Shown: positions 20,405 through 31,069, counted from the first letter of the stretch. The stretch is 64,000 nt of DNA from Dysgonamonadaceae bacterium (GCA_047605645.1 JASGFJ010000027.1:3329-67328); one strand, 5' to 3'. Numbers and translations: made by a program. The notes: generated by a model from the letters alone, not told the origin.

Positions 20405-20412
20405 CTCTTTAG

Positions 20413-20484
<72 letters not shown>

Positions 20485-20495
20485 ATTTCATGATG

Positions 20496-20503
20496 CAAAG
20501 GTA
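20496..20503 (-). promoter_or_regulatory. Bacteroidetes -7 promoter element of the tRNA
   Basis: Minus strand TACCTTTG, 11 nt upstream of the mature 5' end. Confidence 0.7.
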
Positions 20504-20608
20504 GACAAAATTTATTCAAAACCAAACATTCCCGCACCTTTTTATAAAATAAAATCCCCCTATCCGAACATCCAACTGAGGATAAGCAGATTAGACAGGT
20601 ATTTTTTT

Positions 20609-22015
20609 TCACCATTTGTATGTTATTCCAAATCCGACAAACTCCTTATACTGAAAATATCCCAATGACGCGCTTTTATTTGCAACGCCGACTCCATCGT
20701 CATACCTCATATAAAGATACAAAGAGGAAGACAAGAGGCGTGTAAACGCAAAATCAAACTTATTTTCACTTTCCATCACCACTTTTGAATAACTTGTAAA
20801 GTACCTCCATCGGGAGGTCAAGGTTGCATAACGATTATAAGAATACACCAGATTCAGATTGTAAGTAGATCCCAAATCCAAATTAGCCTTCTTTCCCTGA
20901 GTCACCCCAAATTTAGTAACATCAACTCCCGTGTCTGCAACATATACATAATTCAGAGAGAATGGAGACAAATCGAGAGTAAGTGCCAACTTGCGAAACT
21001 TATACGCAGGAGAAGTTTTTGTCAAACTGTATGTCATACCAATACCGGTATTTACCTGAAAAGGTGAAAACAAAGCTGCTGATTTTACTCCCGAGTTTAC
21101 ACCATACATATTAAACAGGGATGTTTTGATTTCATTCTTAATGGAATAAGACCATTTTGTTTGGGCGGCATCAATTCCAATTACAGAATAGATGCGTAAA
21201 TAATCATCATTGACACTTATCTTATGTAATGAATCGGCCGGTGTGCTTTGAAAGTTTAGCTTCCATTCGAAAGTATTATTCCAGGAAACTTTATTTTTGC
21301 GGTAGTTGAGTAGTATCTTATGATAATTGCTCACACTGTAATTATTCACCCCTCCCGAAGACCAATTATCCGAAAACTGATTTTGATTGGCCTGCAAAGT
21401 ATGCTCACCGGATTTCGTCCAGTAAATTCTTCTGGGGATAAATTTTTGAACATTGATAGTTGTATTTATCTCATTTTTCCTGCCGACGATTTCTTTTTTT
21501 AGCTCCTTCGGAGAAACAAGCTCTTGATCTTCGATGGAAGGAAGGTTCTTAAATCCGAAAATAGAATATTGAACAGCACTCAAATTCTGTGTATAAAAAT
21601 TCTGCCGAACAGCTTTCCGCCATTGATTCCGCTCAATTTTAGACTGAAATGTCTTGTCACGGGGAAGCAGATGGAAGGCCCACTGCGTCTGAGAAGTGCT
21701 GTCCGAATTATAAAAATTCAAATTACTCGGAAGGATACGCCCATCAAAGACCACCGGCAAAAAAATAGGATTAAAAAACATGGTGTCTCGAAACGATAGG
21801 GATGAATTGACGGGGGTCCAATTATTGATCGGAATCAATATCCCATTCTGCCTCACAAATTTTGTCGAATCCGGATTATATTGATTAATAATATTCGAAA
21901 AATTCACCACAGATTGTCTCTTGCCACCTAAAGCCGCCTGAGCAGTTGAAGCCATAAACAACAAACAGAAAGCGGAAAACAAAGTAACTTTATTTATACT
22001 AGTCATACCTTTCAT
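20609..22015 (-). CDS. DUF3078-like outer-membrane beta-barrel protein
   Basis: Signal peptide; C-terminal half with QNQFSDNWSSGGVNN, ISVNDDYLR, SALFSPFQVNTGIGM, YFTSYSKV. Confidence 0.72.
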   Translation of the reverse strand: MKGMTSINKVTLFSAFCLLFMASTAQAALGGKRQSVVNFSNIINQYNPDSTKFVRQNGILIPINNWTPVNSSLSFRDTMFFNPIFLPVVFDGRILPSNLNFYNSDSTSQTQWAFHLLPRDKTFQSKIERNQWRKAVRQNFYTQNLSAVQYSIFGFKNLPSIEDQELVSPKELKKEIVGRKNEINTTINVQKFIPRRIYWTKSGEHTLQANQNQFSDNWSSGGVNNYSVSNYHKILLNYRKNKVSWNNTFEWKLNFQSTPADSLHKISVNDDYLRIYSVIGIDAAQTKWSYSIKNEIKTSLFNMYGVNSGVKSAALFSPFQVNTGIGMTYSLTKTSPAYKFRKLALTLDLSPFSLNYVYVADTGVDVTKFGVTQGKKANLDLGSTYNLNLVYSYNRYATLTSRWRYFTSYSKVVMESENKFDFAFTRLLSSSLYLYMRYDDGVGVANKSASLGYFQYKEFVGFGITYKW

Positions 22016-22129
22016 ATTAACACATTACCTATAGGATCCAGTTTTGCGACAGCTCACTCTGCCATTTTTCACAAAATCTGGACATATATATTTTCAAAGA
22101 TATATGTTCTGTTTCGAAAGAAAACGGAT

Positions 22130-23350
22130 TTATTGCTCAACAGCTGCAAACTTTAAGCATACCGGTTTATCAATATGTATATCTTTCTTCATATCAGTGA
22201 GCATTCCGGTGGTCTGATTAATCGCAAAAACCTGAATGGTATTGCTATCCCGGTTTGCTACTAACAACATTTTTCCGTTGGGGGTGATAATAAAATTTCG
22301 GGGATGTATTCCGGTTGGTTGATATCCGATTTTTGTAATCTTTCCATCCGTTTTAGAAACAGAGAAAATAGAAATCCCATCATTCTTAAGACGATGAGAG
22401 GTATATAAAAAGCGGCCATTGGGCGTGAGATGAATATCTGCACTTCCGCGTCCCTTAAAGCCATCCGCCATGACAGCCTGAATTTCTTTGATTTTCCCAT
22501 CGTGGTAATTAAAAACATTCACTTTTCCCGAATATTCATTTATCATGTACAACACCTTACCCGATGGGCTAAAAGCCAAATGACGCGGCCCGGCTCCAAT
22601 CTCCAAATTAACAGTACTTAGTTTTGCCGTTTGCAGAAGTTCTTTGGCCTGCTGCGCGCTCTTATTTATTTCAAAACAATACAAACGATCTTTTCCCAGG
22701 TCTGTAGCCAGAAGGTATTTTCCGTCAGGACTCATCACAATCGTATGAATGTGTGATTTGCGACGAAACTCCTGTTTAGGTCCTTGCTTGAACCCGATAA
22801 TATCTCTGTCTTCAGACAACGTACCGTCTTCGCGAATACTAATTACAGAGATGGTTCCTCCTAAATAATTGGCTGTAATAACAAAGCGTTCGGAAGGATC
22901 CAGGTTGATATAACAAGGAGCACCGCCACCTGTCTGTACGGAATTCTGGAGGCTAAGGACAGATGTTCTCCGATCAAAAGAGAAAGCATTAGCCGAAGCT
23001 GTGGAATCTTCGTTTTCTGTAACAGAAAACACCCGGTTTTGGTCCTTACTCAAGACCAGATACGAGGGATTTTCGACCGAAGTGGATTGACTCAGATAAT
23101 CACTGCCACCATCAATCGTATCAAAGCGATATACATATATCCCGTCGCTTCCCCCCGAAGTATATGTTCCTATTAAAAGATAAAGACTATTTGCCATATT
23201 GACATTACCAATCGTTATTTCTTTTTTTGACCCGGATTTTGTGCAGCCTGCAGAAACTAACATACAAGACAATAACACCGTAATCCACCCCAGACCTACT
23301 TTCTTCATTGAAACACCATTTAGGCCAATCTTTTTCCTTGTCCTCATCAT
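22130..23350 (-). CDS. Lactonase-family seven-bladed beta-propeller (6-phosphogluconolactonase-like) lipoprotein
   Basis: LLIGTYT, ENPSYL, GGAPCY, SHIHT, GAGPRHLAF, SADIHLTPNGRFLYTSHR, HPRNF. Likely start is ATG 23308 (lipobox SAGC). Confidence 0.88.
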   Translation of the reverse strand: MMRTRKKIGLNGVSMKKVGLGWITVLLSCMLVSAGCTKSGSKKEITIGNVNMANSLYLLIGTYTSGGSDGIYVYRFDTIDGGSDYLSQSTSVENPSYLVLSKDQNRVFSVTENEDSTASANAFSFDRRTSVLSLQNSVQTGGGAPCYINLDPSERFVITANYLGGTISVISIREDGTLSEDRDIIGFKQGPKQEFRRKSHIHTIVMSPDGKYLLATDLGKDRLYCFEINKSAQQAKELLQTAKLSTVNLEIGAGPRHLAFSPSGKVLYMINEYSGKVNVFNYHDGKIKEIQAVMADGFKGRGSADIHLTPNGRFLYTSHRLKNDGISIFSVSKTDGKITKIGYQPTGIHPRNFIITPNGKMLLVANRDSNTIQVFAINQTTGMLTDMKKDIHIDKPVCLKFAAVEQ

Positions 23351-23548
23351 CTAAATCAAATTATATTACAACTATTGCTATGCTCGTCGAAAATAATAAC
23401 AAAATAAACAAAACAAATCCAAACGGACAACCGTCAAAGAGCATAAAATAATAGATAAGGGAAAGTTTATACCCTGACAAGAAAAATTAACACCGCAACA
23501 AATTCCAAAAAATAAAGAAATTATCTTTTCCATATCCAAAACATTTCA

Positions 23549-23556
23549 TATCTTTG
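23549..23556 (+). promoter_or_regulatory. Bacteroidetes -7 promoter element of rpmE2
   Basis: TATCTTTG. Confidence 0.6.
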
Positions 23557-23606
23557 CACTCCAAATTGCGTATAAGAATAATAATAACAAAAAAATATAG
23601 ATTGCA

Positions 23607-23867
23607 ATGAAAAAAGGAATCCATCCTGAATCTTACCGTCCAGTTGTATTCAAGGACATGTCAAATGACGAGATTTTTATTTCTCGTTCAACTATACAAG
23701 CCAAAGAAACAATTGAAGTTGATGGAGTTGAATACCCATTGATAAAACTTGAAATCACCAGTTCTTCACATCCTTTCTATACAGGAAAACAGAAATTGGT
23801 AGACACGGCTGGTCGCGTTGACAAGTTCATGAGCAGATATGCAAAACGCGCACAGAACAAAAAATAA
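23607..23867 (+). CDS. rpmE2: 50S ribosomal protein L31 type B
   Basis: [43 protein letters not shown]; no Cys. Confidence 0.96.
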   Translation: MKKGIHPESYRPVVFKDMSNDEIFISRSTIQAKETIEVDGVEYPLIKLEITSSSHPFYTGKQKLVDTAGRVDKFMSRYAKRAQNKK

Positions 23868-23895
23868 TTTGTTTCGGTAATTTGATACAAAACAT

Positions 23896-23930
23896 TGCCT
23901 CTTCAGCCTGCTGAAGGGGCATTTTTGTTT
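23896..23930 (+). terminator. Intrinsic terminator after rpmE2
   Basis: TGCCTCTTCAG-loop-CTGAAGGGGCA followed by TTTTTGTTT. Confidence 0.75.
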
Positions 23931-24263
23931 TCCCCTTGCTGGATATTTTTCTACAAAACACCACATCAAACTAAACACACAAAAACCATTTGCCTGTCAG
24001 ACCCGATAATAACTAAAGGATGGGCTGGAATTATGGAAACAAACAAACTTTCACTCGGCCATCAAAAAAAACTATCTCCCTCAAAACAAAGAATATACAA
24101 TAAGAGCCGAAAGACAAATCTGAAACAAATAATTATAGCCCGATTCAGAACTCTATTTGTTCGGATAAAAATAAATGGAAAGGATTCTCCCAACATAGTT
24201 CACAAGTACAGGAAAATATCGTAATTTTGAATTTAGTTATTAGATCCATTTAGTTTAAGAGGT

Positions 24264-25169
24264 ATGAGTCCGGAAAAAGGTATCAGGGAAATTATTGACA
24301 ACAATATTGAAATATTAAAATCAGAGGAAGAGAAATCGGACAATCAATACGTCTCGAGATGCAACTGTCCCTTCCCATCGCACGATAAACTTATTGAATT
24401 CGTCAATTATGTAAGAGACATTTGTTTTCCGGGTTATTTTGAACATGTGGAAGAGGAGGATGCCGAGCATAAGTTAAGGGATTGCTTTCATCGCATTTAT
24501 CATATTTTGCCCGATCAGATATATTTCGGCATGTCTTTTTCAAAGACGGATGATTGTAATTTGAAAGATCGCAGCAAAGAACTGACCGTTGAGTTTATCA
24601 ACAAAATACCCGAAATCAAGCGACTGCTGGGTACTGATGTGAAAGCCATGTTCAAGAACGATCCGGCTGCCCGTGATGAAACAGAAGTAATCTTATGTTA
24701 TCCCGCTATACGCGCCATGCTCCACCACCGAATTGCCCACTATTTGTTTGTAATGGGTGTGCCTATTCTTCCAAGAGTAATATCAGAGATCGCTCATTCG
24801 GATACAGGAATCGACATACATCCCGGCGCACATATCGGTGAATATTTCAGCATCGACCACGGCACAGGGGTAGTTATCGGACAAACATCCATCATTGGTC
24901 ATCACGTATGCATCTATCAGGGTGTGACATTAGGTGCAAAAAGTTTCTCACTCGACCCGCAGGGCAAACCTATCGATTTGCCACGCCATCCGATTATTGA
25001 GGATTATGTGACCATTTATTCCAACGCATCTATCCTGGGACGAATTACAATAGGGAAACACTCCATAATCGGCGGTAATATCTGGGTAACAAACAGCGTA
25101 CCGGCATTCTCCAGAATCGTCCAGCAAAGAGCAATGGATGTATCATTCAGCGATGGAGCCGGCATTTAA
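24264..25169 (+). CDS. cysE: Serine O-acetyltransferase
   Basis: [57 protein letters not shown]. Confidence 0.92.
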   Translation: MSPEKGIREIIDNNIEILKSEEEKSDNQYVSRCNCPFPSHDKLIEFVNYVRDICFPGYFEHVEEEDAEHKLRDCFHRIYHILPDQIYFGMSFSKTDDCNLKDRSKELTVEFINKIPEIKRLLGTDVKAMFKNDPAARDETEVILCYPAIRAMLHHRIAHYLFVMGVPILPRVISEIAHSDTGIDIHPGAHIGEYFSIDHGTGVVIGQTSIIGHHVCIYQGVTLGAKSFSLDPQGKPIDLPRHPIIEDYVTIYSNASILGRITIGKHSIIGGNIWVTNSVPAFSRIVQQRAMDVSFSDGAGI

Positions 25170-25192
25170 TAGAAAACAGAAGAAAGTTTAAG

Positions 25193-25987
25193 ATGAAACA
25201 ATATTTAGATTTATTACAACGGGTGCTTGACGAAGGTGTGAAAAAAGAAGATCGTACCGGAACAGGCACAATCAGCATATTCGGACATCAGAGCCGGTAT
25301 GATTTATCGCAGGGCTTTCCGGTGCTGACAACTAAAAAGCTCCATCTCAAGTCGATAATATACGAACTACTTTGGTTTCTGAAAGGAGATACCAATGTAA
25401 AATACTTGCAGGACAATGGGGTTCGCATCTGGAATGAATGGGCGGATGAAAACGGTGATCTGGGTCACGTCTATGGTTATCAATGGCGTTCCTGGCCGGA
25501 TAATCAGGGCGGAGTGATCGATCAGATTTCGGAAGCTGTAGAAACCATCAGGAAAAACCCAGATTCCCGGCGAATTATTGTCAGTGCATGGAACGTAGCC
25601 GACATTCCGAATATGGCTTTACCTCCTTGCCATGCTTTTTTCCAGTTTTATGTAGCAGAGGGAAAATTAAGCCTTCAGCTTTATCAACGCAGTGCAGACA
25701 TTTTCCTGGGAGTACCTTTCAACATTGCCTCTTACGCGCTTCTTTTGAAAATGATGGCGCAGGTCACCGGATTGCAGGAAGGAGAATTTATTCACACACT
25801 GGGAGATGCCCACATCTATCTGAATCATTTGGAGCAAGTGAAACTGCAGCTTAGCCGGGAACCGCGACCACTGCCGCAGATGAATATCAATCCGGATGTA
25901 AAAAGTATTTTTGATTTTAAATTTGAAGATTTTAAACTGGAAGGTTATGATCCTCATCCTCATATCAAGGGTGAAGTAGCTGTGTAA
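25193..25987 (+). CDS. thyA: Thymidylate synthase
   Basis: [50 protein letters not shown]. Confidence 0.97.
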   Translation: MKQYLDLLQRVLDEGVKKEDRTGTGTISIFGHQSRYDLSQGFPVLTTKKLHLKSIIYELLWFLKGDTNVKYLQDNGVRIWNEWADENGDLGHVYGYQWRSWPDNQGGVIDQISEAVETIRKNPDSRRIIVSAWNVADIPNMALPPCHAFFQFYVAEGKLSLQLYQRSADIFLGVPFNIASYALLLKMMAQVTGLQEGEFIHTLGDAHIYLNHLEQVKLQLSREPRPLPQMNINPDVKSIFDFKFEDFKLEGYDPHPHIKGEVAV

Positions 25988-25996
25988 TTTCAAATC

Positions 25997-26722
25997 ATGT
26001 CTCAATTGAAACCTCTAAAATTTATTCTCACTTGCAGTGTAACAACTTTAATTATATTCTCCTGCAGTAGTGAGAAGAAGAATAAAGATTCCCATAAAAA
26101 GCCTCCTTTTAAATTTGGAGAGGTCATCGTTGACACCCTCAACCGGGGAAAAAAGTTGCCCCGATCTATTGGAGATTATAATCACGAATTCAACGACCTG
26201 GTCGATTTACACCTGCAAGCAGCCATAGCAAACGGAGTGGAACCTATGAATTTGCGGGCAGATACCAATAAGTATGTCAAAGACAATGAGCTTATCCGCT
26301 TGCCTGCACAGATTGAACTTTTCAGAGTAGACGATTTGAAACACTCTATCCCCTACCTGGTGCCACAAGCGGCTCGCCTGCTTGTCATCATTGCAAAGGA
26401 TTTCCGCGATTCATTGACCCGTAAAGATTTACCCCTTTATCGGATTGTTATCACCAGTGTAACCCGCACAGCTGAAGATCTCGATGTATTGGTAAAACGA
26501 AACGGGAATGCCATCCAGGGCTCAGCTCATAGTTACGGAACGACTTTTGACATTTCCTGGAAACGTTTTGACAAACGGCCTTCCCACGATTCAACACAGG
26601 ATGTATCGGTAGACAGGCTGAAATTCATCCTCGGGCAAACGCTCTTCAATTTAAAGAACAGGGAATTATGTTATGTAAAACATGAACGCAAGCAAGCCTG
26701 CTTTCACATAACCGTTCGCTGA
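25997..26722 (+). CDS. DUF5715-like lipoprotein
   Basis: Lipobox IIFSC; HSIPYLVPQAARLL, ITSVTRT, SAHSYGTTFDISW, CYVKHERKQACFHITVR. Confidence 0.7.
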   Translation: MSQLKPLKFILTCSVTTLIIFSCSSEKKNKDSHKKPPFKFGEVIVDTLNRGKKLPRSIGDYNHEFNDLVDLHLQAAIANGVEPMNLRADTNKYVKDNELIRLPAQIELFRVDDLKHSIPYLVPQAARLLVIIAKDFRDSLTRKDLPLYRIVITSVTRTAEDLDVLVKRNGNAIQGSAHSYGTTFDISWKRFDKRPSHDSTQDVSVDRLKFILGQTLFNLKNRELCYVKHERKQACFHITVR

Positions 26723-26738
26723 TAAATTATTTTTTTAG

Positions 26739-27494
26739 ATGAACAGGTACTTTATATATCTTTCGTATAACGGGAAAAACTTCTGCGGATGGCAGACCCA
26801 GCCCAACGGAATATCGGTGCAGGAAAGCATCGAAAAGGCATTAACCATGATTCTGCGCGAAGAAACTCCGATTGTAGGGGCCGGGCGTACCGATGCAGGA
26901 GTGCATGCTTCCGAAATGGTGGCGCATTTCGATTCGGACAAGGAGAAACACTATATTACAAATGAACTGCCGGAACGTCTGAACCGCGTTCTTCCCCGTG
27001 AAATAGCCATCCAACGCATTGTGCCTGTCAGAGCCGATGCCCATGCCCGTTTTGACGCGATATCGCGGGAATACAAATATTATCTGTGTTCTCAAAAAGA
27101 TCCTTTTTGTTACGATCTGAAATATTTGAATTATTTTCCGTTGGATGTGGAGCGGATGAATGAATTGGCGCAAATATTGTTTGAATATACCGATTTCACC
27201 AGCTTCAGCAAACTGCATACCGATGTGAAAACCAATAATTGCAGAATTATGAAAGCCGAATGGAGTCGTTCGGATGCGCACAATCTGGTTTTCACCATTC
27301 AGGCCGATCGTTTTCTGCGCAACATGGTGAGAGCCATTGTCGGAACGCTACTGGAAGGCGGACGCGGCAAATTAGACGCACGCGGATTCCGCCGGATTAT
27401 TGAGGCAAAAAACCGCAATGTAGCAGGAACTTCCGTGCCGGGACATGCTCTTTTTCTTCACAAGGTAGATTATCCCGAAGAGCTATTCGAATGA
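26739..27494 (+). CDS. truA: tRNA pseudouridine(38-40) synthase
   Basis: [43 protein letters not shown]. Confidence 0.96.
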   Translation: MNRYFIYLSYNGKNFCGWQTQPNGISVQESIEKALTMILREETPIVGAGRTDAGVHASEMVAHFDSDKEKHYITNELPERLNRVLPREIAIQRIVPVRADAHARFDAISREYKYYLCSQKDPFCYDLKYLNYFPLDVERMNELAQILFEYTDFTSFSKLHTDVKTNNCRIMKAEWSRSDAHNLVFTIQADRFLRNMVRAIVGTLLEGGRGKLDARGFRRIIEAKNRNVAGTSVPGHALFLHKVDYPEELFE

Positions 27495-27719
27495 ATCTCA
27501 GAAAGGGTCGAAGAATTTGAAAGTAATGCCGTGAAATCTGGTTTCAGGCATCTCTTTTCCACATCTCTTATTTTCTGCATATTACATCGGTTATTTTCAG
27601 AACATTGCAAATACATATACTTACAACAACTGATAAATGGGCAGTTAACATCTATTCTTCAAATGGAAATACCGAACTAACATTTCATTTTTGCCCAATC
27701 GTATTCTTTCTGAAAAAAA

Positions 27720-29153
27720 TCAGAACTTCTTTAAATATTTGTCCAGACGCCGTTTCAGTTCACCAATCTGGCTGGGCGGCGGCAAATTATTATCGAGTAG
27801 TTCTCCTTCGGGTGAAAGCAGGATACTACGGGGAACGACGAAATTTCCGGTTTTGTATACCTGCTTGTAAATGTCATTTTGCAACTGCTCCGATGCCCTC
27901 AGATGAAAGCCCTGCAAGTCTATTATATTTACCTGACTTCTCCAATGCTCTTCCTGTTGAATATCGTCTAAGGAAATATATATTTTCACTAAATCTCTAT
28001 ATCCGGCCAGTACCCTGTCTAATTGTTCATTGTGACTGAATTCCATTCTACATGGCGCACACCAAGTTGCCCATACATCTATGTATAAAAACTTCCCATT
28101 TAAAACCTCTTCGTAAGATAAATCACGCAGAGAGGGCACCTCCTTGTCAATAAACAGAATATGTCCCTGTTCTTTCTTTGCTTTGCTCATTATTAAAGGA
28201 GTGAGTATTGCCACATATTCGCTTTGAGGATATTTTGCCGTCAAATAGTCCAATAGCAACACATCGTCAAACTCGACAATTTTATATTGGTTTTGCAATA
28301 CGATTGCAGTACCCAAGGCAGGAAGCCGGATATAATCGGGAGCAAGGAACCAGGGAATTTCATTTCCCGACATTTGACTGTATTTTTTCTTCAGTTTAGT
28401 TTTCTGCCTTTCATCCAATTGCTCGAAACAATACTTGAAATAAAAGCTTAGATACACAGCAGAGTATCTATATTTAATACCCTCTCTCTCCCATGGAGGC
28501 AATGATTTGACCATTAAATCTATTCCCTGCCGGACACTGGCGGCATTCTTTTGATTTTCAAGTGAATTAATATATTGGAATAAAAGAACACTATTGCAGG
28601 AATAAAGCACTTCTTTCTTGATGATTTCACAGATTCGTTTACTTATCCGATTCTCCACGAATAGCTTGTTGAGATAGTCAAAGTCCTTTTCTTGCGCTTC
28701 CGATACAGACGTCATTATTTTATGAATATCTATCCCGTCGTTTGTAGTTTCTTTCAGGCTTTTGCGAATAAGATATGCATACCGGGGCGACCATCCGCTG
28801 TTATAGAAATCCTGTGCTAAAGAGTTTTTCCCGGATATCGTTACGCTCTTTGAAGTGTATCTTAAGTTGATGGTGTCGTTTTCGAGTAGAATAATATCAA
28901 CTTTTTGATTGTCGGAAAATTTACAGGCAACGATCGAAAAGTCTGATACTTTAAATCTACAGGTGCTTTCTTCTTTAGGGCTGAGGTTAAAATGATTGGA
29001 TGCCATGTAAGGATTGTATGCTCCATCGACAGGCCGGCAAACCTCAACAGATACGGTTGTATCAGAGTTGAATATGATGACTGAGCCTTGTGCTTTTGCT
29101 CCTACTGACAATATATACAGCCCCCATACCATTATTTTTTTCATTCTATTCAA
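27720..29153 (-). CDS. Exported TlpA/thioredoxin-like disulfide oxidoreductase
   Basis: Signal peptide and C-terminal thioredoxin fold GKFLYIDVWATWCAPC...VPRSILLSPEG. Confidence 0.85.
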   Translation of the reverse strand: MNRMKKIMVWGLYILSVGAKAQGSVIIFNSDTTVSVEVCRPVDGAYNPYMASNHFNLSPKEESTCRFKVSDFSIVACKFSDNQKVDIILLENDTINLRYTSKSVTISGKNSLAQDFYNSGWSPRYAYLIRKSLKETTNDGIDIHKIMTSVSEAQEKDFDYLNKLFVENRISKRICEIIKKEVLYSCNSVLLFQYINSLENQKNAASVRQGIDLMVKSLPPWEREGIKYRYSAVYLSFYFKYCFEQLDERQKTKLKKKYSQMSGNEIPWFLAPDYIRLPALGTAIVLQNQYKIVEFDDVLLLDYLTAKYPQSEYVAILTPLIMSKAKKEQGHILFIDKEVPSLRDLSYEEVLNGKFLYIDVWATWCAPCRMEFSHNEQLDRVLAGYRDLVKIYISLDDIQQEEHWRSQVNIIDLQGFHLRASEQLQNDIYKQVYKTGNFVVPRSILLSPEGELLDNNLPPPSQIGELKRRLDKYLKKF

Positions 29154-29295
29154 TTTTCACCGTTCAACTGGAGGAAAAATCTGCCAGATATCTTAATCAA
29201 GGCTTCAGATTTCATCAATAGCTGACTTCGTGTGCTGTACGATTTGAAATAAGGCTTTCGGAATGCCACACTCATCACACCCCAATAAGCTACAA

Positions 29296-29592
29296 CTATC
29301 CAGGGATTTCCCTGTATACCTTCACGCATCCTCCCTGTCCGTTTGTACAATGATTGCTTACCATAGAGACCATTGCCGTAAAAGAAGAATTACAGGGCAT
29401 TTGCCATGTGGAAGCTTCTTGTGAGCCGGAAGCAGGAGAAATTCCGTTGTCGCATGCACAACTAAAATATGCACAGACCTTTTTCGTCTCCCCTCCTACA
29501 GTTCCGCTACCCAATCCGCCCACAACAGTTTTCATTTCCCTATTATTCAGAACGATAGCATTATTTAATCTGATTTTATCAAGTTTTTTCAT
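29296..29592 (-). CDS. Double-glycine-leader Cys-rich peptide precursor (TIGR04149-like GG-Bacteroidales family)
   Basis: Leader MKKLDKIRLNNAIVLNNREMKTVVGG followed by a 72-aa core with six Cys. Confidence 0.8.
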   Translation of the reverse strand: MKKLDKIRLNNAIVLNNREMKTVVGGLGSGTVGGETKKVCAYFSCACDNGISPASGSQEASTWQMPCNSSFTAMVSMVSNHCTNGQGGCVKVYREIPG

Positions 29593-29598
29593 TTGAAT

Positions 29599-29880
29599 CT
29601 ATTTATTGGCACATATTCCATTTTTTTTAATTTCCTCTGTGATACAGCTCTTATTACATTTCAAATCCGATTTCCGGCTTTGAGGGCTAAAGAGCATACG
29701 GTTGAAACGGGTCACGACATCGATCACGGTTTCACGCTTGAACTCAATCCCTTCTTTCTGCAATTTGTCCACAATACCGCCTATCCCGATGCTCCCGATA
29801 GTGACGGGGACAGCTATATAGTCTGTCGGATCAGGGGTCAGCGGATTTTTACGAATCCATACATTCAATTTCTTTGCCAT
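29599..29880 (-). pseudogene. Truncated HU/IHF-like DNA-binding protein (N-terminus of the DUF4469-associated family)
   Basis: MAKKLNVWIRKNPLTPDPTDYIAVPVTIGSIG...EFKRETVIDVVTRFNR resembles the family start; resemblance ends after TRFNR (~29700). Confidence 0.6.
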
Positions 29881-30557
29881 AAGATTATAGCTTAGTTTAG
29901 AAGTTCAATGGGAAGACAGTTTCCCTTTCGTAATTCACGTTGTTTTCCCAATACATTCGACAAGTTAGTAAGCATATCCGGAAAATAGGATCCGGAGAAA
30001 GCTTCCTTGAGAGGAAAAAGCCGCAGGGGGCTTTCAGGGGGACAATCTGCATACCACGAACAGCGGAATGGAACAGATTTTTCAGAGCACAGGTCTCTGT
30101 CTTGATATATTTATGCCTAAATTGAAAACTAATGTCATTGCAAGTCAGAATTATCAGCAAAACAAATCACGAGCTAACTTACTGAAATAAAAGGAAAAGA
30201 CCTATTTTATTTAGTTTTCTTATGTTTTTATTTTTTCCGACAAGTCGGGATTGAGAAAAAGTCAGCTTACTTTCGTTTTTTTTACATACAAGTTTAATAT
30301 CCTGCTTTTACGAAATGGCAGATAAAGAGAGAAGGAAAGAAAAGAAAAGACAATAACAGACTAATAGAAAAAAGCAAATATCCGTTGTTATCTTTGAATG
30401 CCGAGTAGTCAAACTACCGATTTCTGCATACAAGAGCAAACATCCCGCCTCTATTCGACAACAAACCATCGATAACCATTCGTAAAGGCATTGTTGATCT
30501 GAATAGATTAGTTAATGCTTAGAACGAGTTTATGTTAATTAACATCTCTAAATGCAA

Positions 30558-30821
30558 TTAATTTTTCACAAACAGCGCATAGAATGGAATCTGTTTGTTT
30601 AATTTCTTTTCGACCAGTTGTTCTGGAATAAAAACATCTTCTGAAGAAAGTACAACTCTTTTGAAATCAAGAGAATCTGTTTCTGAGAGCATTTTGTTTA
30701 TTGGGACAAAAGCAACTGTATAATATAAACCTCAGGTATCAATGTGCTGTGTTTGTATATTTATGCACACAACTGCAACAAATAGGATTAATGAAATTCG
30801 GTTTAATATTTTTGTAATCAT
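30558..30821 (-). pseudogene. Degenerate small exported protein (immunity-like) with an in-frame TGA
   Basis: Manual translation MITKILNRISLILFVAVVCINIQTQHIDT*GLYYTVAFVPINKMLSETDSLDFKRVVLSSEDVFIPEQLVEKKLNKQIPFYALFVKN*; internal stop at 30732-30734; AT-rich. Confidence 0.45.
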
Positions 30822-30835
30822 AACACTTTATCTGG

Positions 30836-31030
30836 TTACATATTACGTCCTTGTTTAATAAGATATAATCCATTCAAGTTGGCTGCTCTGTACAATGCAT
30901 TATTAGATATTTCGTCAACGTCTATCATAACACCATTTACATTCAATCCTTTAACTATCAAATAATATGAACCCGCTAATTCAACATCAAGAATCCATTT
31001 TTGCTGCGTAACACACGTACGAAACGTCCG
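30836..31030 (-). pseudogene. Start-less C-terminal protein fragment (orphan toxin-tip-like)
   Basis: Open frame RTFRTCVTQQKWILDVELAGSYYLIVKGLNVNGVMIDVDEISNNALYRAANLNGLYLIKQGRNM*, ending 14 nt before the next ATG. Confidence 0.4.
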
Positions 31031-31069
31031 CTAGAGCGCGGAATTTATAAATCTATCTATTTTCCCTTT

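Noticed and set aside
23607-23867. Zn-free L31 as part of a zinc-starvation regulon with znuAC
   Set aside because: Type B L31 is the normal form in Bacteroidetes, the genes are 19 kb apart, and no shared operator was seen.
23895-24224. 109-aa ORF after rpmE2
   Set aside because: It begins inside the rpmE2 terminator, uses a TTG start and has no recognisable motifs.
30732-30734. In-frame TGA as selenocysteine or readthrough
   Set aside because: No SECIS-like hairpin or redox motif is evident, and the gene lies in a region of gene debris, so a nonsense mutation is more likely.
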